Assembly: GCA_964187785.1 (NCBI GenBank)
Contig: OZ076412.1
Span: forward strand, 53,320,001 to 53,384,000
Direction: 5' to 3'
Origin: Amphiscolops sp. MND2022
Taxonomy: Eukaryota
DNA length: 64,000 nt
Under the pieces are notes generated by a model. It was given only the letters and a program-made list of their open reading frames with translations. It ran no database searches and was not told where the DNA came from. Below are positions 40,281-51,753 of the stretch, one piece after another (within the stretch, counting starts at the first letter, position 1; every line of letters begins with the position of its first letter). Made by a program: the position numbers and the translations under genes.

Positions 40281-42369
40281 AAAATTTTCTGGATTACACA
40301 AAGTGTCTCCTCTTCGTTTGAGTGAAATCACTCACTCTGGGTTAAGCTTTCAGCTTCACAATTTCTGAAAGTCGTGGCTGTGTTCTCGAATTGGAATTCG
40401 CTTGCTCCGGTATCCGGGTTATCTGGACTCTTATCAGATAAGGAATCTATCTTGGAAGAAAGATTTTTTTCTATCATCTTCAATATTTCTCTCTGATTGG
40501 TCTCAGCTTCCTTAAGCCTTCTACAAACGGACTTTTCTACTCTCAGAAATTTCAGATATATTAAGCGCGTTCTCTGTCTTTAGACATGCAGCTTTTGGCT
40601 CTTCCCCTGAGCTTGCAGGGGAATCTCTCCTTGCTTTCCTTTTCGAAACCTTTTCTGACATTTTGAGTTTTAAGCTTTGGACAGTCTGCTGGTTTCCTTC
40701 AGTATCTTCCAGTAAAAAAATCAGAAAATTTGGAAATTTCCAAGATTTTATTGACTGAAATTAGAAGTGAAACAACAAATGCTTTGCAAAATTACTTCTT
40801 ATTCAACTGAACAAACTTAGCTGTTCATCGTATTTATACTTATCACCAGCAAAATTGAGGGAACAAGGCAAACAACCTTCACGCTTCGTTCAGTCCGGCG
40901 TCTATCCAAGGCAGGGAAACCGGAAGTTTAGTTCGGCTTTGTCGAACTCAGACCTCTAATTTGTTCATACTTTCCGGGGAAAGTAAGCGTCCACATCCTG
41001 TATGAGTTGCGACTCCGCTTCCCTTCGCCTCCAATTTCTGCCTTTTCAAGAAGCCGAAGCTGAACTCAGCAATAAAGAGAGGAAGTTAGTCATCAATCAC
41101 GCCCAAAAGACGAAAAAAGATAACAAAACAATGACACTCGCATTGAGGAAAATAGATATTTTCCAAATTAACACAATCAACTCAAAATACTTCGCAAAAG
41201 GAATGATTATGTGAAATACAACAGTAAATTGGCCTTTAAATTAACTCACAGAATATTGGTAGCGCAGTTTGATCGAAAGTTAAAAATCCCAGCCCCAGGC
41301 CATAGTCCAGGATATTCAAAAGTTCAAACAAAGCTTACATGAAAACTTGGTTAAACAACAACAACTGGTATATTCACTGGAAGAATATGGCATTAAAAAT
41401 GCTGCTTGGCACATTGGTCAGCCTGCTTGGCTAGTAGATCAATCAGGGTAATTTTCACAACACGTTTATATTCATTGAGATACATTGAGGAAGGGAAGCT
41501 CGGGACCAGGCCACTGTCTGGGAGGTGTACCTAATTATCATTTATATGTGACAGAATTATACTGCAAATTACAAGTAATCAATTGTAGCCACTTCATAAA
41601 CAGCAATATTGGGAAATGTTTCCATTAACTGTATGATTTCAAACTTTATTAGCGCAATCCATCTTTCTAACAGATTTTACTATCCCTTTGGCGTGGGACA
41701 CATCCTGGGCCAAACTACATGTTATTCATAATACCTAGACATTGGGGGCGCCCTGTAGCGCTATTTGGCATACGTTGTCGAAAGGCATGCCTCGGCATGC
41801 CTACGGACCGTGGGCGTTGATGTTTTTATATAGCGTTGGTTTATTTTGGAGAAAGTTTTTTCCTTGAATGACTATTGAATGTTTCAAAGTTTCAACCGGA
41901 CATGAGAAGTAAAATCATTGACGATATTGTATGTATGTCAAAGGTACTTTGTATTCAATAAACTTAAATCGATATGCATATTCAAATAGAAAAAATTACC
42001 GCACTTAGAGGAATTGTTGCAGCATGTATAAATACTAGAGACAAGGAGAAACTTTGTGAAAGAGATTAAACAAGTGTTGGTTAATAATCTGTTTTTCACA
42101 AGTGTCAGGCTGTAAAATGACGTGAAAAAGTATAACATCCCTACTTTATCTAATCATTTTTTTTGACAAAAGTTGAAGTAAAATATTGGAAAAGAAGGTT
42201 TCTGATTTTTATATATAGTATATGCAAGATAAAAGAAGGAAAAAAAGGAACGTTAAAGGCGAAATAAGTTCATTTCGAGCAAAAATATGTTTTACAAATG
42301 AGAGTATTAATATTAAAGCAAAATAAGAATGATTGCTTTTTGGAAACGAATACTTGAATTAGATTTAGT

Positions 42370-42670
42370 AGTCCTCATACAAACACACACTTGCACAACA
42401 CACACACCCGCACCATTCAGACACACCCTCAGCAGACATAACCCACACACTCGCACCACACAAACACACACCACACATCCCCTACCGTTTGCACACTCGC
42501 ACAAAACATATACACACCACACATCCCGTACCTTTCGCACACACAGGCAACCTACATCCACACCACACCCGAACCACACAAACACACACGCCCACAGGTA
42601 AAATAACAATAGATTACATCCTAACAACTGCATGCCAAATACAAGGCAAACATACCGCCATACAAACACA
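42370..42670. repeat. CA-rich low-complexity tract
   Basis: Degenerate (CA)n/ACACC runs. Confidence 0.8.
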
Positions 42671-43574
42671 TCCTAGTTCTAACCTGAAAAAATAGACTTT
42701 ATAGTTGGCTGTTGCAGTCACCGTCGTAGTCGTCGTTGAAAGTGCTTTGTCATCTGCACAATGATCGCCTTCATTCATTGATGATAAGGTTTTTTACCTG
42801 GTTTGTTCACTGAGTTCGATATTGAGGATAAAGTCAGAGGAAAACCAGTTTGAATTGTGACAGAAAAAAAACTCTTTCAAAAAGGAAAATTTCAAAAAAA
42901 TAAATGTATTTTCACAAAATTATAAACTCAAGATTAGTTTAATAAACTATGTTCAATAAAAATGAAATCAAAATTGTTCTCTCAAAATGGATACTTGATG
43001 ATTGATCATCTAATGAACCGGATTTGAACTGGTATACCTCATGTTGCTTTTTTGTTTTCCTTCTTCTTCAGACCAGAAACAAAACAGTTTTTGAACTGCT
43101 GCCAGCTGTTGTTACTAGAACTACACTAATTAATCGCACGGTCATACCAATAGCAAAACTTAGCTTGAGTTTCGAGGTAATCGTAAGAGGAAGCTGTAAG
43201 TGCCAAGTGTTAGTCAACTTTGGGGAAACACAGCAGAGCTCGTTTCGAACCATTTCATTTAAAACACTCAGCCAGACATCCTTCATGAAGTTGACATTTT
43301 AAATCCAAGGTTACCCAAGCCCTAATAAGACCGTTTTCTTCATATTAATTTTATAATTTTAAGACTAAAATTAAAATATGCAATCATTTTTGTTTGTTGG
43401 CTTGAGAGTGAAATTAGTTACATCTGCAATTGTTTCTCCTTTTAACTTAATTTAGAATTGTATTCGAACCTATGCATTTACCCTGCCATGTTCTGAGCGA
43501 CGATGATTAAGTCTAATTTATGAGTGTTTTCGTAGTTTGGCCACATTAGAAAAGAATGATGGCCTAATTACATT

Positions 43575-44935
43575 TGATGTAAATTATTTCGGTGTAGAAT
43601 CCGATCCGAAATTATAGTGCGTACTTGATGACATGAGAGGCGGCAGCTGTTAGTGGTCAACAGGTTGTGTGTTCTGTAGGGCCAGACAACCGGCAATGTC
43701 ATCATTTACATCATTTTACCACGAAACAATTGCAACAAAAGAGTCTACCCAAAACTCGGAACCAACAACCAAACAAAATGAAACACAGGACTAAAGGTCT
43801 GATGGAAAATGACACAAAGTTTGGAGTCGACAGGAGTCACAGCCTGGCATCAATTGTTAGATTTCGTTCGGTATGGAAACCGGTCCGAAATTATACTGTT
43901 TATTTGATGACATGTCCGGCCACAGTTAGCGTTCAACAGTTTGTGTTTTCTGTCGAGACAGACAACCAGCATTGGCGTCATTCACACATAATAATTTAGG
44001 ACCAATTTGCACCACGAAATCAATCCGACAAAAGAGCATAGCAGGAACTTCAGAGGAACAACCAAACAAAGTGTAACACAAGACGAAAGATAACATGGAA
44101 AATGATACATATTATGGAGTCGACAGGAATTACAGCCTGGCATCAATTGTTAGAAATCGTTCGGTGTGGAAACCGGTCCGAAATTATACTTTTTATTTGA
44201 TGACATGTCCGGCCACAGTTAGCGTTCAACAGTTTGTGTTTTCTGTCGAGACAGACAACCAGCATTGGCGTCATTCACACATAATAATTTGGGACCAATT
44301 TGCACCACGAAATCAATCCAACAAAAGAGCATAGCAGGAACTTCAGAGGAACAACCAAACAAAGTGTAACACAAGACGAAAGATAACATGGAAAATGATA
44401 CATATTATGGAGTCGACAGGAGTTACAGCCTGGCATCAATTGTTAGAATTCGTTCGGTGTGGAAACCGGTCCGAAATTATACTGTTTATTTGATGACATG
44501 TGAGCCGGCCACAGTTAGCGCCCAACAGTTTGTGTTTTCTGTCGAGCCAGACAACCAGCAATGCCATCATTTACACATAATAATTTAGGACCAATTTGCA
44601 CCACGAAATCATTCCAACAAAAGAGCATAGCAGGAACTTCAGAGGAAAAACCGAACAAAGTGTAACACAAGACGAAAGATAACATGGAAAATGACACATT
44701 TTATGGAGTCGACAGGAGTTACAGCCTGGCATAAATTGTTAGAAATCGTTCGGTGTGGATATCAGTCCGAAATTATAGTGCGTACTTGATGACATGTGAG
44801 CCGGCAGCTGTTAGTGCTCAACAGGTTGTGTGTTCTGTAGAGCCAGACAACCAGCAATGTCATCATTTACACATAATAATTTAGGACCAATTTTCACCAT
44901 GAAATAATTCAAACAAAAGAGCATAGCCAAAACTC
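43575..44935. repeat. Tandem satellite, ~293-bp unit, ~4.6 copies
   Basis: Anchor CAGCCTGGCAT at 43841, 44133, 44426 and 44722 (spacing 292, 293, 296). Confidence 0.96.
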
Positions 44936-45051
44936 GAAATCACCAGTAATGTGGAAATTGTTAATTCAGATAACAAAAAACAAGTTAGTGCAAAGAAAGA
45001 AGAAATCAAAGAATGACTTCAAGGTATCAGTTTGAACATTGCTAGACGGAC

Positions 45052-45087
45052 AACACTGATTGGCTGCTGGGGCAGCCAATCAGTGTT
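45052..45087. terminator. Perfect 16-bp hairpin, Helitron 3'-terminator-like
   Basis: AACACTGATTGGCTGC-tggg-GCAGCCAATCAGTGTT; CTAG at 45097-45100 (followed by T) and at 45042-45045. Confidence 0.75.
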
Positions 45088-46129
45088 CAACAGACTCTAG
45101 TGAGGACATAGTGGAAACTTTTTAAGCGTAGAAAATTTGCATGCATTCCAATGCTCGCGAGTGCTAAGTCACAAACCTCACACCAGTCCCGAAGTGCATG
45201 TTTTACCGTAGCTACCTGTCCAACTTCCTGGACGGGTATAGAACTTTTGAAAAGTGGCATTTCGGCAGATTTTCAAAATCAATCTGAAAAAGCGATAAAA
45301 CTTTTGCAGGAAGGAAATTTCGGCATATTCGGCTTCATCTGATGAGTTTTGTCTGTGTGGAAAAAAGAACGATTTCTTTCAACATGTTTTTCTTAGAGCG
45401 TTGGTCATTGCGGCACTAACTTTTACGGCAACAAACACATGAAAGAACATCAAAGAGATAAACAACAAAGTTTATGGGTTTATAAATGTTACAAAGTTGT
45501 AGTTTCTGACGCTTTTATTTCGTCTTGCACTACAAAGCAATGTGTTGATAATGCAAATCTTCTGTTGCGGGGTGCAGTTTATGTTTTCTCCTCATCATTG
45601 TCATTTGTATACTTCTTTTTAATTGATCAAGATGAATGTACGAATGTGGAGACATATTAATTGTTAAGGTTTTAAAAAACATAATATGTCAAACAACTGA
45701 AGGCAAAGATGATAAATGAACAATCAGTTGTGAATTTTTGATACCAAATGTGTTTTAATTGGGAAATAAGAATTGTTTTTATAATCATCTTGATTTCGTT
45801 ACCAGAATATATGTACTTTCACCGATGTTTTCTTTTGCCACTGTCAACCAATTTGCAAAGGCAAACAAGGCAAACGTAACAATTGTTGAGGGGAGAGAGC
45901 TGCTCCTAGTGAGGCCAATAGGTGTGACATCAACAAAATATTCACGAAGAATTATCAATGAACGTTACAAAATTGAAAGTGTCGAAGAATCCTGTGTGTT
46001 TGTAAGTTTCTTTTTTCAAAAATTCTGCAATTTCTGAAGGTTGCATGTTGTCACACTTTCTGACGACTGTCGACCATTTTGATTCCATAACAAGAATTGA
46101 ATCATTCTTAGAGTTTGCTACTCATTCTT

Positions 46130-46300
46130 AGAGTTTGCCGAAAGCGGCACATAATTATGCCCATGGCTTTCCCATGAGAATACTCGGTGGCACGTCTTCG
46201 CAAAATCCATTCATATCTTGTAACTTCTTCTTCACGTTGATGCAGCAACCAATGTGAATTGTGCAGTTTTTTAATGCATAAAAACCAAAGACTGATGGAC
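46130..46300 (-). pseudogene. GIY-YIG/SLX1-like nuclease remnant at the polyprotein C-terminus
   Basis: SVFGFYALKNCTIHIGCCINVKKKLQDMNG...KPWA*LCAAFG parallels VY.L......YIG.T.N...RL..HN.G....PW.L....GF. YIG>HIG and R>K; internal TAA. Confidence 0.55.
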
Positions 46301-46399
46301 ACGTGTCTTCCGGCATCACTTGGCGACAAATTGGATAAATGTTTTGAGAGATGGGGAACTGTACGATGCTTGTTGTGTCGGTTCTGCCTGCGAGGTTTT

Positions 46400-49175
46400 C
46401 AATGAAATTGTCAATAAATGAGTCCCACTGATTCGTTTTAAAACTAATGGATTTTATTGTTTGCAGGGATAAACTTTTCGGACCGATGAAAGTGAGATTT
46501 TCCAACTTCTTCACTCTGCTGATAATTACCAACAATTGATTTTTTTCCCAGAGTTTAAACATTCGCTTCTCAATTGGATTCGCTGTGGCTATTTGGGTGG
46601 CTAATTGGGCAAAATCATCACCGATGCATTTATGGATAGTTGATGCTTCGAATGGTTTGAGATGAAATTGAACACGGCGAATGGAAAAGTGTTTTTTGTA
46701 CAAATGAGGCAAGCTTTCTGTTCTTCTCACTTAAACAACTCTCCATCCATTTGCTTGAAAGTTTCGATGTCCATTTGTGTCTTTTGACGGCAGTTCACTT
46801 ATGCACGGTGGTGCAACAAATAGATCCACATGAGAATCTTCAGACGTTGGGACAATAAATACAACACAAAATTGTCCATGACAAAGTTGAAGTTCAGCAT
46901 CGTTTCTAGTCATTCTCATTGGTGCACCTTTATACAAAAACAATGCTTCAGGTTCTAAACAGTTTTTGTTCAACAAAGTCGCTACATTGTTGTCAAGTGT
47001 TTTTGTCCAGAGGTTTTGTCCCCTTCTGGATATTTCATCAGTGGCGGTGATTATTGTATTCGAGATTTTCTTAGCAATAATTGCGTTAGTTTGTTCAACT
47101 ACTAATTTTTTTGCCATCTTTGTAGGAACTACATTTCAAGTAGGTGAATCAGTTGGTAACTGATGCCAGGATTGAATAAAGTTACAGTTATCTGATGATA
47201 TTTGAGCTATTTCGGCTGCGTCGGCTTCAGTCAGTTCTTTTTTGTCTAGCAAGTTCAGCAGCCTCGAACCGTTCAGGTCATTCATTCTGACGTATTCTTT
47301 CAAGTAGTGGAAGGTGAAATTGGTGAACAAGATGGGAGATATCCGCATTAAAAGACCTTATGGGGGCTTAACTGTTTTGGATATCCATTACCAAACACAA
47401 GTATTCCTCCCATGGGCGTGTGCAATTATTCGCTAATCGAAGTGTTTGGTCCAAAACATACCATTGTTCGGAATTGAGCATTCCAATTTCTTCCACAACA
47501 AGAACATCTAATTTTTTCACCTGGACTAGTCTTGTTGGGTCGCGATAGATATTCTGAACAGTCGATTCTACTTGTTTCATAACTGGAGTTTTCTTTGACG
47601 GCAACAAAGGAATAAGGCGGTGTAGATGTATTCCTCCAAGTTCAGCTGCCTTTTCGCCTGCAAGTGTTGTTACCATGCACGTTGAACCACGTGCTAAGGC
47701 ATAACATAAAGCGATTAACGAGATAGTTGATTTGCCAGTTCCTGGCCTTCCGAAAACAAACTAATGCGTAACGAAGTTGGAATCAGCGCTCAAATACCTG
47801 TGTATGGCAGTAATAACTTTTTCCAGGACAAACTTTTGTGTTTCGAAAGAGACTCTACTTTGATCAGTCAAGTTTTCAAGAGTTGGTACAAACTGTACAG
47901 GACATGCAGTTGTAGCAGCAATGAGAGATTCTTCAGTAGGACAATTCGGTACTTTCCGACTGGAAACTACACCATTGCAAACCTTGATTCGGACAGTTTT
48001 CAGAAACTTTGCAGTTTTTTCATTTACAGTTTCAGTCACTGCTGCCATCAATACTCGTGGAGGTTGAACATGCTTTATAAAATTGTTTTCGGAATAATCT
48101 TTCAGAGTTTGAAAGCACTGAACAACATTTCGGTCGAACATTCGAGTGGACCCGGGAAGGTACTGCGCCTGCTCCAGAATGTATCCTTTGGTAAGGTCAA
48201 CGATACAATTTCTCATATCGTCAAATGGCAAGAGCCCAGACAATATGAAACTCCTCTTGAGATTTCCACAATTGAATAAATCAACTTCAGTTTCGAATTG
48301 TCCCATTGATAACAGCAAGTGTATCAAAAATTTGGAGGGATCGGACGGGTACACTTTAGAAAAATACACTACTGCATTACTTCGACAGTCTTCGTGAGGT
48401 GAGATGAATTGTTGTAAACACGGGTTTCGTGAAAAATGGTCCTGTAGGTTGATGGCTGAAACATGATCGGAATGATATATAAGATCAAGAAAATGTTTTA
48501 TTCGTTTTTAACGTGACAGTATTTGACGACCGAAGCCATCTATCCTGTTTAATCTTTCTGAATTCAACAGATCTCGGTATACTGTAAGTTAAGCCTTTTT
48601 GATAAGAACTCTTTCGAAGAACCAGAAGTAGTGTCGTGGGTTTTTAACAAAACGTAGTTCCGGTGGCCGTGCACTGTGGGCTGTTATACTGCTCACTGAA
48701 ATGTTGCTTTTTTTCTCTAGTTGAATTATTTTTTTTGGCTTGAGATAAAATGTCTCCAAGAAGGCATTGCATTTTCAATTCATTAGCGGCAACCGTCATC
48801 TTTTTTGTAAGCTGGGGTACTTTAACATCTGGGCGACTCTCCATTTCAAGGGTGTTAAGGCAAACACTAGTAAATGATGCTCGGAATTGAGCATTCCAAT
48901 TTCTTCCACAACAAGAACATCTAATTTTTTCACCTGGACTAGTCTTGTTGGGTCGCGATAGATATTCTGAACAGTCGATTCTACTTGTTTCATAACTGGA
49001 GTATTCTTTGACGGCATCAAAGGAATAAGGCGGTGTAGATGTATTCCTCCAAGTTCAGCTGCCTTTTCGCCTGCAAGTGTTGTTACCATGCACGTTGAAC
49101 CACGTGCTAAGGCATAACATAAAGCGATTAACGAGATAGTTGATTTGCCAGTTCCTGGCCTTCCGAAAACAAACT
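46400..49175 (-). pseudogene. PIF1-like SF1B helicase, N-terminal part duplicated
   Basis: Walker A FVFGRPGTGKS (47725-47760 and 49138-49173), TTLAGEKAAELGGIHLH, Walker-B-like VLVVEEIGML, later motifs KGAPMRMTRND, QFHLKPFEASTIHKCIG and LLVIISRV. In-frame TAG just before Walker A in both copies. Confidence 0.88.
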
Positions 49176-50293
49176 AATGCGTAACGAAGTTGGAATCAGC
49201 GCTCAAATACCTGTGTATGGCAGTAATAACTTTTTCCAGGACAAACTTTTGTGTTTTGAAAGAGACTCTACTTTGATCAGTCAAGTTTTCAAGAGTTGGT
49301 ACAAACTGTACAGGACATGCAGTTGTAGCAGCAATGAGAGATTCTTCAGTAGGACAATTCGGTACTTTCCGACTGGAAACTACACCTTTGCAAACCTTGA
49401 TTCGGACAGTTTTCAGAAACTTCGCAGTTTTTTCATTTACAGTTTCAGTCACTGCTGCCATCAATACTCGTGGAGGTTGAACATGCTTTATCAAATCGTT
49501 TTCGGAATAATCTTTCAGAGTTTGAAAGCACTGAACAACATTTCGGTCGAACATTCGAGTGGACCCGGGAAGGTACTGCGCCTGCTCCAGAATGTATCCT
49601 TTGGTAAGGTCAACGATACAATTTCTCATATCGTCAAATGGCAAGAGCCCAGACAATATGAAACTCCTCTTGAGATTTCCACAATTGAATAAATCAACTT
49701 CAGTTTCGAATTGTCCCATTGATAACAGCAAGTGTATCAAAAATTTGGAGGGATCGGACGGGTACACTTTAGAAAAATACACTACTGCATTACTTCGACA
49801 GTCTTCGTGAGGTGAGATGAATTGTTGTAAACACCGGTTTCGTGAAAAATGGTCCTGTAGGTTGATGGCTGAAACATGATCGGAATGATATATAAGATCA
49901 AGAAAATGTTTTATTCGTTTTTAACGTGACAGTATTTGACGACCGAAGCCATCTATCCTGTTTAATCTTTCTGAATTCAACAGATCTCGGTATACTGTAA
50001 GTTAAGCCTTATTGACAAGAACTCTTTCGAAGAACCAGAAGTAGTGTCGTGGGTTTTTAACAAAACGTAGTTCCGGTGGCCGTGCACTGTGGGCTGTTAT
50101 ACTGCTCACTGAAATGTTGCTTTTTTTCTCTAGTTGAATTATTTTTTTTGGCTTGAGGTAAAATGTCTCCAAGAAGGCATCGCATTTTCAATTCATTAGC
50201 GGCAACCGTCATCTTTTTTTGTAAGCTGGGGTACTTTAACATCTGGGCGACTCTCCATTTCAAGGGTGTTAAGGCAAACACTAGTAAATGATG
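47468..50293. repeat. Direct tandem duplication, unit ~1413 bp (47468-48879 and 48881-50293)
   Basis: Near-identical ORFs offset by 1413 (47761/49174; 48644/50057). Junction CTAGTAAATGATG-C-TCGGAATTGAGC at 48867-48892. Confidence 0.97.
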
Positions 50294-50499
50294 ATTTGAC
50301 GAAAGGGAGATCGAATAAATGCCAGTAGCACTCGATGATGCATAGATGTTCGGTTTGGAAAGCTTCTTTTCGTTGATTATCGATATCATTTTCCTGTCTA
50401 TGCTGCGCTGCTGAATTTTTGCTGTTCTCCATCTCGCCAACTGAAACTCTAAGTTGGTTTTGCTCGCTCCCAGCCGTCAGCAAGGCTCGAACTTTTTCC

Positions 50500-51753
50500 T
50501 CCATTCCTGCTGCATACTTGGTTATATATCGTGCAGATAGATACTTGTCGCAAAAGAATAAGTTATTCTGCGACTGAGTGAGTACAAAGAGATGCGGATT
50601 CATTGGTGTAAAGTTTTCATTTTTCCGGCTGGGATAAAAACCACTGTCCGGCTTTCAAATCATCTGTGACCCTAAACATATCTACAAATCCTTCTTTTGG
50701 TACGGCTAAACCACATTCTTTCAAAACAGCAAACGCTTCGTCAGAATGCTTGACATCTATCTCCTGATGAAAGTACTCCATGTTTGGTGGGTAAACGGGG
50801 TAACGGCAATAGGATTCTTCTTTTTGGCTAGTTGGTTTATGACATCGATATTTTACAGCTTGACAAGAATGGTAGTGTAAACGAACTGCATCTTTATAAA
50901 GCTCGTATGCTTCTTCATTGTTGCTGATCAAACCCATTTTTTTGAAAACAGCAGATTTTAAAGTGAACAAAAGTTGATTTTTGTGAGCAACAACTCTGTC
51001 CTGAAACGTTGGTTCAAATTTGTTTTGTTCCACCCAAATCAAATAATGTATGTGGGGTACGTTTCCTTGTGTTGTTTGGAATTCGTATCTCCACCAAATT
51101 CTAGCCACTTTCCCGAAAGGTTTTTGTGACGATTTTTCGATGTATTCCATGACAACAGACGAGATTCTTTCCCACATTCGCACGAAGAGACTCATAAAGC
51201 TTTGAACAGTTGCCTCATACATTTCTTCGCTCTCATGGCTATAAAAGTCTCTGACGGCTTCGAATAATGGCTTTACACCAAAGATTCTACACATGTTGCA
51301 CGTGAGTGTGAAAAAATAATCAGGTCCTTTCTCGGCACAGGCTGCAGCATCTTCCTGGACACGTTTTGAACTTTCAAGACCATCCCACTTCAAGGCAGTG
51401 TTTGGCAATTTGAGACTATCATCATCACCCAAAACATCTTCGAAGCCTCGCTTGAAAATTACATAGGTGCTGTGGGCTTTATTCATTTCAGCATTCATTT
51501 TCAAATCAAAAGCCAAGCTAGCATAATTTAAGCTCGTTGAAGTCATTAGAGCTCCATTCGTAAGTCTTGTCCACAAGTGATTAGAAACAGTCGCAAACCC
51601 TAGCTTTTGATTCAAGGAACCTGATTGTAATAAAAAAGATGGTAGGGCACCAACAAAAGTACCGTCGTTTTCTTGCTTCCAGAAGATTGTAGGAAACAAA
51701 AGTTTGTCTGGAATTTGTTGTCCAGATGGGGGCTCGTGATCGTTGCAAAACAT
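50500..51753 (-). pseudogene. HUH endonuclease (Helitron Rep) domain
   Basis: Motif 1 YFFTLTCN (~51300), motif 2 RYEFQTTQGNVPHIHYLIW (~51060), motif 3 YITKY (~50520; two Tyr spaced Yxx xY). Confidence 0.9.

Noticed and set aside
41255-41320. tRNA/SINE A-box-like TAGCGCAGTTTGAT
   Set aside because: No B-box (GTTCRA) at the right distance and no cloverleaf; no tRNA or rRNA genes were supported anywhere in the window.
42313-42695. His/Thr-rich or Cys/Val-rich ORFs
   Set aside because: Translations of a CA-rich low-complexity tract.
43575-44935. CRISPR-like array or repeated small ORFs (MENDTYYGVDR...)
   Set aside because: Whole ~293-bp units repeat with no unique spacers and no cas genes; the short ORFs are by-products of the satellite.
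47764-49810. Plus-strand 171-aa and 83-aa ORFs, each occurring twice
   Set aside because: Antisense shadows of the duplicated helicase region.
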